64,000 nt of DNA from Octopus vulgaris (taxonomy: Eukaryota), in assembly GCA_951406725.2 (NCBI GenBank), contig OX597816.1, positions 20,708,001-20,772,000 on the forward strand, read 5' to 3'. Under the pieces are notes generated by a model. The model did no database searches. It was not told where the DNA came from and worked only from the letters and a program-made list of their open reading frames with translations. Of the stretch, positions 1-10,844 are shown piece after piece (the stretch's first letter is position 1; the number at the start of each line of letters is the position of its first letter). The position numbers and the translations under genes are program-made.

Positions 1-301
1 TCTGTGGTACTTTTTTCTCTCTACTACAACTGCAGCATTTAAAGGAGTTGCACTTGCAACAGGAAATGTCAAATAAATCTTTTGTTGCATTGTTTTTAAA
101 CATATTACACTTTGTTTGAAATGATGGCACATTTTTTTTTCTATTTTTCACAGATTTTAGTAATGCTTGGTACTTTGGATAAAAGTTTAAGATTCTCGGT
201 TTAACTGACTCAATTGTAACACAAGGGATGGATGCCTTTTGCCAAAGAAGAATTATCTTTTCTGTTACAGTGTTAACTATTTGTTTAATTGAAGGATCTT
301 A

Positions 302-717
302 CTTAATTAGTTAGTTAGTTAATTTTTTGGCTCAAAAAGCAAAAAAGCAAGGCGATGTAAGGGGATATGGAGTTATGTACAGGGTGGTGTTCATGTAAAG
401 AGTTCAGGCCACTTGTGGTCAAGGGAGACTTTGAACTGAGCGGTCGTCGGCATCTTCACCATCTCGTCCGGCAGCTTATTCCACGGATCCGCAAACCGGA
501 CGGAGAAAGCCCCTCTCCTTCGATTGAGACGAAATCGTCGCAGATAGAGCTTTTCGGAGTGACCCCACAGCTGACGCTCTGGAGCAGGAGTGAACAGCTC
601 TTTCGAGAGGTTACACTTTCCGCTAATGATGTTGTGAGCAAGAATGAGATCACCACGGCGTCGTCGTTTTTCTAGAGAATAAAGGTCGAGCGTCTTCAGC
701 CTTTCTTCATAAGACAA
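302..717 (-). mobile_element. 5'-truncated CR1/L2-like LINE 3' end (ORF2 C-terminus, short 3'UTR, (TAAC)n tail)
   Basis: ORF 391-717(-) YEERLKTLDLYSLEKRRRRGDLI...GH..KL...FSVR...WNKLP matches the conserved CR1-group ORF2 C-terminus. The (TTAG)n run at ~306-322 is the tail on the minus strand. Confidence 0.85.
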
Positions 718-914
718 ATTCTTAACTACATTCTTTTCTTTTTCTCATTCAGATAAAACACATTTTAGTACATCCTTGTAAATTGGCCAAACAGGATCTA
801 CGTAGACATACATTTCTTTGATTGCACTATTCTGAAGATGGGCCTTTGTGCTTAAAATGTGTAAGGGTTTTTCAACTTTCATTTCTGCCTCATTATAAGC
901 TTTCTTCGTTCTCC

Positions 915-1422
915 TTTTTCATATTTTTTTCTTGTTTCAGCTCAGAGCTGCGGCCATGCTGATGCACCGTCGTTTTGTGCTACACTGTTATTACTAAGAG
1001 CCTCCTCTAATATGTGGCACTTGGTGACGAATGGAGTTTGATATAGCTACCCTCGTTTGCACCTCTTGCCGTGAGGTATGTTCATCTGGGACTCTCGACA
1101 TGAAGAGGTCCAGCTTTGATTTAAAAACCGCTACATCTACATTGTGCAAGTTCCTCAGACTCTTTGGGAGAATATTAAAAAGCTGTGGGCCCTTGAAACC
1201 CAGGCTGTTGCAGTGGCTGGTCCTGAAGCGTGGTGGCATTGTTGGGATCTTTGGCACTATGAAGTGTCGTCCCGTTCTAGCATTGGTGCAGCTTTCAATG
1301 CCAAAATTTGGCCCAATTCCTTCCAGGATCTTCCAGACTGCATACCTCTCCCGTTTTCTCTCCAGGGAGTAGAGTCTTAGCTGTTGCAACCTTTCCCAGT
1401 AGTTGAGCTGTTGCAAATACAT
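915..1422 (-). mobile_element. Second CR1-group LINE 3' fragment whose 3'UTR matches the SINE A tail
   Basis: ORF 994-1422(-) YWERLQQLRLYSLERKRERY...GPQLFNILPKSLRN...FKSKLD.F...VPD. The 3'UTR ggtgcatcagcatggccgcagctctgagctgaaacaag resembles the SINE A tail. Confidence 0.85.
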
Positions 1423-2121
1423 TTTTATAAAATATTACTTTAGAACATAACATTGGAAATATATTAATAGCAGGAACGCCATTTCATGAGGATAGTACTT
1501 AGAATAAGCTTCTTTGTATGAATTTTAAGACGGTTTGAGAATTCCAATGAGAGACAGAAATAATTTGGAATGGAAATAGTAAGCATAAAACAGCCATTTT
1601 TTCACGTCTCATTCTCAATGTTTTTTTCAAACATAAACAAACGTTTTTTGTGTGTTTTTTTTTTCTTCACTGTATTCATATAAGATTCCAAAACATATCT
1701 AAGCAACAGATAATTCGAGAAAACAAAAAAGAAAAAAAAAAAAAAAACAGGCTCGGATTACCAGCTAAATTATTTCAAATCTGAAACTCAGAACGCAGGT
1801 ATTATAAAACTTTCAGTTTTAAGGCATTAAGACTATTCTACATTTACGGTTTGGGTTCAGTAATTTATTGCTTTTCGGGGAAACAACAGACATTTATGCA
1901 TAAATATGAACAGACGTATGACTGTATTTATGTATGCATATTAAATGACGTAGCGTGGCTTTAGTTTACTTCGTATAGTAACCAAATTCACCGCCACCAT
2001 CGTTAAATGTAACATAGCTTCGCCTGTTGCAAACACACATACATGAAGAGGCGATGGTGCGGCCTGCACAACCCTTGCTGTCCTGTATTGTGTGTGTTTA
2101 TATATCTGTGTATACACACAC

Positions 2122-2446
<325 letters not shown>

Positions 2447-2456
2447 ACACACACAC

Positions 2457-2521
<65 letters not shown>

Positions 2522-2879
2522 TATATACATATACATATATATATATACAGTGTACATTTAAACACATAAGAGGTATCCATCATAGGACTCATTGCACGCT
2601 AATAGTCGTTTGGAACTTAACTGTCCTCTCTAGTGTGCAAGGTGTCCTATGATAGATACCTCTTATCCTCTTATATGTTTAAATGTTCACTGTGTTTATC
2701 TGAATAATATATAGTCTATTGACAACATTTTTACACGCTAGGCCACTGCTAATGGAAATTTCTAATATTTCTGATTACCATTTGATATTACATATATATA
2801 TATATACATAATATATAAATATACGCATATATACGTACATATATGTACATACCTACATCTATATGCATATACACATGCA

Positions 2880-3105
2880 TATATGGGTACAGGACATTAA
2901 AAGAATGTTGAACACAATGAGAAACGAAAACATAAAAACAAAAACATGGAAACGAACTTTTTTTCAAACAACGAAAAAACAGAGTACAACACATACAACA
3001 CAAGGAATATTCCCCTTCTTCAGTTGTCCTTGTTTCGTCTACTCCGCGTTACGAAGATAAGGACAAGACGCAACTTCGTTGAAACAGTCTTCCCCGCAAA
3101 GCAAA
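2880..3105 (-). mobile_element. Probable Penelope-like pLTR remnant between TA microsatellites
   Basis: A-rich/T-rich strand asymmetry, TA-repeat flanks, CTGAAGA and GAAAC-like words on the minus strand. Core not cleanly assembled. Confidence 0.35.
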
Positions 3106-3117
3106 TATATATATATA

Positions 3118-3330
3118 CTAGCAGAAATACCCAGCGTTGCCCGAAGTTAAAGAAAATAGCGAAATTTTAAAATGCCTTTTAGATCTCTAACAGGAAACAC
3201 TCAGGTGTTATCTCCTAGTAGGTGAGATGCCAACTTTATAAATAAATAACCCGGCATTTCCCAGGTTATTGGAAATTATGAAATTTAAGTCTACTTTTTA
3301 AATCTCTAAGAAAAATGAAACATGGATTAT
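3118..3330 (-). mobile_element. Helitron-like 3' terminus
   Basis: Minus strand cgggcaacgctgggtatttctgCTAG|T: subterminal GC hairpin plus CTAG before T. A diverged second copy of the hairpin region lies at ~3245-3310. Confidence 0.55.
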
Positions 3331-3929
3331 GCAGTTCTCAACAGTAATTAGCTGATGTACAAGCTATTAATTTCAATAACATATTTTATCCGATGTTATC
3401 GCTGTTAAAATTTGACACATATTCCTGAATGGCATCGAACTCCATAACTTTTCATTCGTATTATCACAACTGATTATATTTTTAATTCACTCTTAACATT
3501 CAATTATGAAACTATTTAGAGAACGGAAGTATTCGATAATGGAACTACCTACGTTCATATTATGTCTCCAAGGTCATTCCATAGTTAATATTAATTAGTG
3601 TTAATGGAAGGGCCATATGTTTTCCGGTAATGCTGAAAAGTTTAATGGTAAGTAATAAAACTTCAATGCAAAATGCTGATACTATATTAATTAAGCTATT
3701 TTACAGTATTATTTACAACAGTGAGTGATTTACACGTAAGTATCTTTATTCCATAGGCTCTTTAATTCTGAGTAAAATTTTATTCAGAGTAAAATAGCGA
3801 GGTTTCACTCCCTTTCTTTTGAATTTCTCATACTCCTATGCAAGTTCGTCTGCATGTTACTCTTGCATTATTTGTGATTTGACAGCTTCATGCTACCCTT
3901 ATGTTTTTTGGTATGACAGTACACCAAAG

Positions 3930-4299
3930 TGGAGGCGCAATCGCCCAGTGGTTAGGGCAGCGAACTCGCGGTCATAGGATCGCGGTTTCGACTCCCAGAC
4001 CGGGCGTTGTGAGTGTTTATTGAGCGAAAACACCTAAATCACCTCAGTGGTGATCCCTGCTGTACTCTTTCACCACAACTTTCTCTCACTCTTACTTCCT
4101 GTTTCTGTTGTACCTGTATTTCAAAGGGCCGGCCTTGTCACTCTCTGTGTCACGCTGAATATCCCCGAGAACTGCGTTAAGGGTACACGTGCCTGTGGAG
4201 TGCTCAGCCACTTACACGTTAATTTCACGAGCAGGCTGTTCCGTTGATTCGGATCAACCGGAACCCTCATCGTCGTAACCGACGGAGTGCTTCCACCAC
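3930..4299 (+). mobile_element. tRNA-derived SINE family C, near full length
   Basis: Head ggaggcgcaatcgcccagtggttagggcag...gtttcgactcc (A/B boxes). TSD acaccaaag at 3921-3929 and 4300-4308. Sister copy at 28905. Confidence 0.9.
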
Positions 4300-4324
4300 A
4301 CACCAAAGCACTAGGCTCATTTAA

Positions 4325-4545
4325 CCCTTTAGTGTTCGCATCATTCTGCCAAAATTAATGCCTTTTCATCCACATTGTTTTGAACTAATCATGAATTATC
4401 TTGTAGCTATGAGATTTTGATGAGGTAGCTATTAATTTTTAAAACGATATTGTAGGGTTGGTCTGAGAGACCAGATCTGGGCAGTTTGAACATAAAACAG
4501 GCAGAATACTTTTGGCTGGATATGGCCGGTTTAAATGCTAAAGGG
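4325..4545. mobile_element. piggyBac-like MITE
   Basis: TTAA|CCCTTTAG...CTAAAGGG|TTAA termini. A diverged copy lies at ~59252-60495. Confidence 0.8.
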
Positions 4546-4641
4546 TTAAACGTAAATATTATCTATCCATTCCATGTGTGTGTATAGATGTTCAAGGTGA
4601 AATGTAGTGTGATCATCTAATAACGGCTCAGATCAGAAGGC

Positions 4642-5546
4642 TGTAGTAAGGCATTTGATGTGCCAGTTGGAAAAAGAGAAGAGACACAGCCGAGTAGAAT
4701 GTTTGGAGAGAGAGTTTATTGGTATGTCAACATGTGTGTGTCAGGTAAACAAAATGAATGACAAACCGTCATGAGAGCAAAGCGTATGTGTGTCTGTGTG
4801 TGCGTTAAGTACATATAAGAACAATGAAGATGAAGAAAGTGAAAGGCTAAAATGAGAAGTTAGAGGAATGTTCATAGACACATGAATGAGAAATACCACT
4901 TCGTAGTCAATTGTACACGGTGGTAGAAATACTGTATCAAGTTGTGGCGATGATGCAGAACCGGTTGCAGTACATGTCGTACGAAGTTGTGACTGTAATG
5001 CTACTGCCTAGGTCATTTGTACAGTTCTGGCAGGTTGTATGTTTGTTGTTAACCATGGTGAAGTAATTCACGAACAGCGCTATGTTAAAACCTGTGCAGT
5101 GCTGCTGGTGCTATGTACGTAGAGATGTTGTTGACAACTTTGGAGAGAGACATGATGGTGGTGACTAAGATGGAGCTCGCTGTAATGTTGTTGGACGGGT
5201 GTTGCCTGGCGTTTACACTGGAACTGGCTGTGTCGTGTGGTCAGTGGCTAGATCTTAAAAGGTCTGGCACCTAAGACCTCGAGACGAGGAGTAGCTGGGT
5301 TTTTATAAGTAACAGTAGGCTCAAATTGGATTATGAACAGGCTGTCTCACATGATCTTATTTATGGACTCCGATTGGTTAGGTTGCATATTGGCGCGATA
5401 GAAGAAGAGACAAATTGCGCCAATACAAACCAATCAGAGTAGTGGACACAACGGGGTCCAAATAGCGGCCAAATGTTAGCTGTTATCTGCTACGTATTTA
5501 TAATAAAGGAGAGAGAGAGAGGAATTTCACTCGAGTGTATACTACA
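4642..5546 (-). mobile_element. Possible solo LTR
   Basis: 7-bp inverted ends TGTAGTA...TACTACA. Minus strand has CCAAT (~5375), TATAAAA (~5301-5307) and AATAAA (~4716-4721) in LTR order. No TSD found. Confidence 0.3.
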
Positions 5547-6114
5547 TGTGTATGTATGTATATGAGGGATGCAAATTTGTTTAGCGTCATCTACATACTG
5601 GTTTTCCGCCAATATATGCATGTGCACGCGCATTGTGAATATGTGTAATTTATTTATATGATGCACTTTGGCCGCATCGCTACCATAATGGAACAGAATC
5701 TTGTGTTCGTTTATCTTCTCTGGAATCTTCCCTAACGTCTGCGCTGATTCTAGCATGCTTTCATTTTTAACCTATTTGTTTGTGCGGGAATGGAACAACT
5801 TGAACATGATAAAACATTCCTGCAAGCTGATTGGTTGATATTCAGAGCACATCGCCTAATCTATGTGTTGTTTGCTCCTATTTACTAAAGCTGTAAGGTT
5901 GCGATTCTACATCAGTCGCTCTCCGGTGAGCTTTGGACAGAAAGCGAATAAAGATGACAATTGTAGCGAAAACTGGTCGTCAATACAGCCACATAGTGAA
6001 GAATTTTCATACAGAAGGAATGTATCTGAAAATGTAAATAACCAAAAGTGAATCAAATAAAATATTGCTTATATCTAGAGTCAATGTGAGCGAAAGTGTA
6101 TTGGAAACATATGC

Positions 6115-6155
<41 letters not shown>

Positions 6156-6379
6156 TCAAGTATGCTTTACTTAAAGAACGATGTGGTGCTTATATTTTGT
6201 GTATTGAAGGTAGAAAATTTCATTGAAAACTAACCATTTTCCGTAAAATTATGAGAAAATCATATCGGATTGAGACTTACTTGTGTAGGTTTCTTCTTGC
6301 TATGCCCTTTATTTTTGAAACCTTTTCTCAAGTGTTGTAGTGTACCTGAGCCCTGTATAAAATAAGTTCAATAACGAAA

Positions 6380-6930
6380 TAAACATTTAATTATCTTAAA
6401 TGAATTTACAAGGGAAGTGGGGCATGGTAGCAACTTCTTGCAAAATGGGGCTACAAAATTATCAAGCAGTCCTTGTAATATATTTTCGAATTCTTGCAGT
6501 TTGTATGCTATTCCATTATCAGATATTGTAATTTACTCTTCTGCTGAGATTAGGAAATTGACTAAAGTTTCTTGACAATATGTCTCTTTAGAAACTTTTT
6601 CCTCTGAACGCTGAAAATTATTCCAGTAAAATCATAAACAATCTTATCCTTCTAGAGTGCCAAGCTGAGAATTTGTTGGTGATTCATTATATCAGAATGG
6701 AACATCATATCTTGTATGTTATCATCATTTTTCATTTGAGCATAGAATCTCTCCTTTTCTTCAAGAAAACTAATAATAGGGCCCAACAGTCTCATAAAAT
6801 TCCTCGTGATATTGTTGGTTGACAAACACCTCACAATACAAAGGAAAGAGATATCACAAGGTTTATCTTCAAGCGTTTATCTTCAAGCTTTGTTTCTTCA
6901 ATAAAATTTCTGAAATATCATGGGTTCCTA
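6380..6930 (-). pseudogene. Decayed hAT transposase (Charlie/SPIN/GTF2IRD2-like), C-terminal portion
   Basis: Minus translation FRNFIEETKLEDKPCDISFLCIVRCLSTNNITRNFMRLLGPIISFLEEKE...QDMMFHSDIMNHQQILSLAL*..KDKIV. Corresponds to the family motif VRWLS...DL.F.TDI..HL..LNL.LQG. Contains stops and frameshifts. Confidence 0.8.
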
Positions 6931-7044
6931 TTTAACCCTTTTGTTACCGTATTCCTGTTGAAATACACTGCCATTGTTTCAATAAATTTTGGAAATGATG
7001 AAGAATTTAGTAAAATAACTGTCCTTATTAAGTTGATGTTTGAA

Positions 7045-7830
7045 GGATGCGAGCTGACAGAAACGTTAGCACATCGGGTAAAATGCTTAATGGCATTTCG
7101 TCTGACTTTACGTTCTGAGTTCAAATTCCGCCGAGGTCGACTTTGCCTTTCATCCTCTAGAGGTCGATAAATTAAGTACCAGTAATGCACTGGGGTCGAT
7201 GTAATCGACTTAATCCGTTTGTCTGTCCTTGTTTGTCCTCTCTGTGTTTAACCCCTCGAGGGTAGTAAAGAAATAAGTATTTCTTCTGTCTTTACGTTCT
7301 GAGTTCAAATTCCGCCGAGGTCGACTTTGCCTTTCATCATTTCGGGGTCGATAGATTAAGTACCAGTTATGCACTAGGGTCAATGTAATCGACTTAATCC
7401 CTTTGTCTGTCCTTGTTTGTCTCCTCTATGTTTAGTGCCTTGTGAGCAATAATGAAATAAACGTTGGCATGCCGGGCGAAATGCTTAGCGGTATTTCGTC
7501 TGTCTTCACATTCTGAGTTCAAATTCCGCCCAGGTCGACTTTGCCTTTTTAATCCTTTCGGAGTCGATAAATCAAGGACCCGTTGCGTACTGGGGTCAAT
7601 CTAATCGACTGGCCTCCACCCCCAAAAATGTCGGGCCTTGTGCCTAGAGTAGAAAAAGAATCGTTAGTGCGACGAACAAAATACTTAGCAACATATTATA
7701 TGTTTTTACGCTCCGAGTTCAAATTCAGCCGAGGTCGATAAAACAAGTATTAGTTAAGCACTGATGTCAAAATAAATAAATGACCCTCACCAACAAAATT
7801 TCGGCCTCGGTGCCTATAGTAGAAAGGCTT
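7045..7830 (+). mobile_element. Tandem multimer of tRNA-derived SINE family B (about 4 partial copies)
   Basis: Repeated gttctgagttcaaattccgccgaggtcgactttgcctttcatcctttcggggtcgataaattaagtaccag blocks at ~7110, 7295, 7510 and 7710. Confidence 0.9.
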
Positions 7831-7882
7831 ATTAAGCAGGTGTTTGGAACATAAATTAACTTGGAATTTTGACGGAAGGTTT

Positions 7883-8404
7883 GGCAAGTTTTCGGAATAG
7901 CTGTTTATTTCTTTCTATTTGATGTTGTCTTGTGTGGAAGATGAAATAATGGTTTGTAAAATTAAATTTGAAGGGAATTATGTCAACGTAAATAAAGAAA
8001 GTGTTAATATATTTTTGGTTTTCTTTGGATTTAGTTTTTATGTCGTATAGAACGATTTTTCAATATGGTAAATGTATGAAAAAAAAAAAGCATATGCAAA
8101 ATAACGAAAATAAAACGAAAAAATTTTTATCATGACAGGTACGATGAAGTCGAGAAAAAAATTTTTTTTTTTGTTAAATGCGAATTTCAAGTACTTCAGA
8201 ATGTGGAATACAATAAAATTACAAGAAATAAGGAAAAACAAAAAAAAAAAAATCATTTTAGAGGTGGTTACTATTCCAAAGACACGATGCTGGGGTTGGG
8301 TGTGATATTTAAATTATATGGATTAAATTCCAACCCACCTACTCCATTTGAAAATGCCAAATACATGTGGTTCAGAATAAAAAACATAACACAAGGGAGA
8401 AGTA

Positions 8405-8443
<39 letters not shown>

Positions 8444-8592
8444 GGCTCCCAGGAGAGAGAGAAGAGTAGCATAGACATTTAAAAAATTATTGTTTAAATT
8501 GTGAAGTTCATGGTACAAAAACATTGAAAAATTCCGACGTTAACGAAAAAAATATCCTATTTTATGTGAGATAGCTATTCCAAAAGTCCACC
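7883..8592. mobile_element. Non-autonomous DNA transposon with GG-ended ~20-bp TIRs and an ~8-bp TSD (MULE/Merlin-like, unclassified)
   Basis: Left ggcaagttttcggaatagct, right agctattccaaaagtccacc. Flanks gaaggttt and gaagtttt. Confidence 0.5.
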
Positions 8593-8793
8593 GAAGTTTT
8601 TAGTTTCCTTTAAGACAAAACGTTTGTATCATAGAACCAGGGGCAGTTCCCCAGGCGGATTATCAAGGGGATTAACTCGTTGCCTGTCCAAAGCATTTCC
8701 ATTTCTTTGTCCCGAATGCCAATGCTTGTTTTCAGACTTAGTTAACCCTTGTTTCATGTGTTTTGAGTAATATAAATCTCACTTTTTAGGGAT

Positions 8794-9161
8794 ACTCTCT
8801 TTTACTCTTTTACTTGTTTCAGTCATTTGACTGCGGCCATGCTGGAGCACAACCTTTTAGTACTTATTCTATCGGTCTCTTTTTGCCGAACCGCTAAGTG
8901 ACGGGGACCTAAACACACCAGCATCGGTTGTCAAGCAATGCTAGGGGGACAAACACAGACACACAAACACACGCATACATATATATATACATATATACGA
9001 CAGGCTTCTTTCAGTTTCCGTCTACCAAATCCACTCACAAGGCATTGGTCGGCCCGGGGCTATAGCAGAAGACACTTGCCCAAGATGCCACGCAGTGGGA
9101 CTGAACCCGCAACCGTGTGGTTGGTTAGCAAGCTACTTACTACACAGCCACTCCTGCGCCT
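8794..9161 (-). mobile_element. SINE family A (tRNA head, CORE-like block, central microsatellite, CR1-type tail)
   Basis: Minus ggcgcaggagtggctgtgtagtaag...gggttcagtcccactgcgtggcatcttgggcaagt...ccagcatggccgcagtcaaatgactgaaacaagtaaaagag. Confidence 0.9.
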
Positions 9162-9245
9162 CAAGTTTTTCTAGTGATTAAGAGAAAAATTTAAATGGGC
9201 ATCATATATGATGCATGGATATCAAGGAAATAAATGTTTCTGATT

Positions 9246-9418
9246 CTTTATTGCCCACAAGGGGCTAAACATAGAGGGGACAAACAAGGACAGACAAACG
9301 GATTAAATCGATTACATCGACCCCAGTGCGTAACTGGTACTTTATTTATTGACCCCGAAAGGATGAAAGGCAAAGTCGACCTCGGCGGAATTTGAACTCA
9401 GAATGCAACGACAGACGT
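9246..9418 (-). mobile_element. SINE B fragment
   Basis: Reverse complement of the SINE B body and tail. Confidence 0.85.
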
Positions 9419-9438
9419 ATGTGATAAACAGGACAAAG

Positions 9439-9724
9439 TTTGTTCCTTCTCGAACCACGTCTGGCTCATAAGGGCCGGTTTCCCGGTTTCCTTGGCGTAT
9501 AGGTTCTCCACCTGGACGGGACGCTAGTCTGTCGCAGATGAGGAAAGAGTGAGAGAAAGTTGTGGTGAAAGAGTCAGCATAAGTTTGCCATTACCTTCTG
9601 CCGGAGCCGCGTGGAGCTTAGGTGTTTTCGCTCATAAACAAACACATCACCCGGTCTGAGATTCGAACCCGCGATCCCTCAACCGTGAGTCCACTGCTCT
9701 AACCACTAGGCCATGTGCCTCCAC
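9439..9724 (-). mobile_element. tRNA-derived SINE with a family-C head and a different (V-domain-like) 3' body
   Basis: 13-bp TSD aaacaggacaaag at 9426-9438 and 9725-9737. Head gtggaggcacatggcctagtggttagagcag. Body gactagcgtcccgtccagg...gaaaccggg. Confidence 0.85.
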
Positions 9725-9739
9725 AAACAGGACAAAGAG

Positions 9740-10042
9740 TTGAATGTGTGAATTTGACAGTATCTAAGGCAGCTTTCATAGCATCTTCATTGTGAACCCC
9801 TTTAACAGAGAGAGAGAGAGAGAGAAACTTTGGAAATCTGGGACCTCTTTTTATCAGTGAATTATTACTGCTTTTACCCTTCCATTGAACGTGAAGTATT
9901 TTTTGCGACAAAAGATAATTTATTCAGTAGAGAACATCAGCACTTGTTCAGGCTCTGTTATGCGCATTTTTAATATAAACACCAGCTGCTTCTTTTTAAT
10001 GTCACAAAGTCCAACATCTCTTCTTTCACAGATATATCAGAG

Positions 10043-10073
<31 letters not shown>

Positions 10074-10420
10074 GAACGAATATTGACAGTCTTAGGGTGT
10101 CATGTGTGTTAGATTTTTGAAGAGCTAAGCTGAATGCAAAGAAATTCTTTAATCATAATGCATTTTGCCTGCAACATTAGCACTGATTTAGGAGATACGC
10201 CTATCTGTAGTGTGGCAAGAAACTTGTGTTTGTATTATTAACTGCTAAAGTTCTCTTTTTTTTTTTATCTAATGTTGCAACAACTTCATATATATTCTTA
10301 ACAAATTTGCCTCCAGAATATGGGCGTTTAGTACAAACAAAATTCCACGAAATAAAATTAGCTTTAGTCGTTGTATTGGTTCATTACAGAATATTGTCAA
10401 GAGTGTTTGCAGGCAATTAA
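9740..10420 (-). pseudogene. Decayed hAT transposase, N-terminal/central portion (same element as 6380-6930)
   Basis: Minus pieces ISWNFVCTKRPYSGGKFVK; VSCHTTDRRIS*ISANV; FAFSLALQKSNTHDTLRLSIFVR (family FSLALDESTD...QLAIFVR); VKEEMLDFVTLK; PRFPKFL; MKAALDTVKFTHS. Confidence 0.8.
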
Positions 10421-10844
10421 GTGGTGATTTTTAACATAGATAACTTGATATTATTTTTTTCCCCCTTAATTCTGATTTAGGTAGATAATCACAGGTAAAG
10501 ATTGTATGATTTGATTTATAATACTTTCAGATGTTGGCACAAGGCTAACGGGTTTTGAGGTGAGGAGAAAGGTGAATACAACGACCCAGTATTCAACTGG
10601 TACTAATTTTATTGACCCTGAAATGATGAAAGATAAAATTGACCACGGCGGGATTTGAACTCAGGACGGAAAGAGGCAGAAGAAATACCACTAAGTATTT
10701 TACCTGGCGCCCTGAGATGTTTGGCAGCTCACAGCCTTTAGTGGTTTAAAATTTTGGTACAAAGCTAGCAATTTTATGAGGAAGGTGTTACTCAATTACA
10801 TCAACCCCAGTATTTAACTGGTATTTATTTCATTGATCCTGAAA

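Larger units (their letters stand above)
6932..8675. mobile_element. piggyBac-like MITE (TTAACCCTTT start) interrupted by a SINE B multimer and a GG-ended TIR element
   Basis: Left TTAACCCTTTTGTTACC, degenerate right end atcaaggggattaa at ~8663-8675. Internal pieces resume at ~7831 and ~8601. Confidence 0.5.

Noticed and set aside
367-1380. Plus-strand ORFs 367-675, 1031-1372 and 1144-1380
   Set aside because: They are antisense shadows of the minus-strand LINE ORF2 fragments.
3000-3070. Permuted (type II) hammerhead on the minus strand
   Set aside because: CUGAAGA is present, but the GAAA is mutated and stem I could not be paired convincingly.
3930-4005. tRNA genes at SINE heads (also 9650-9724, 23130-23205 and 28905-28980)
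   Set aside because: They continue into SINE bodies, several with TSDs, and lack a proper acceptor stem and T-run terminator.
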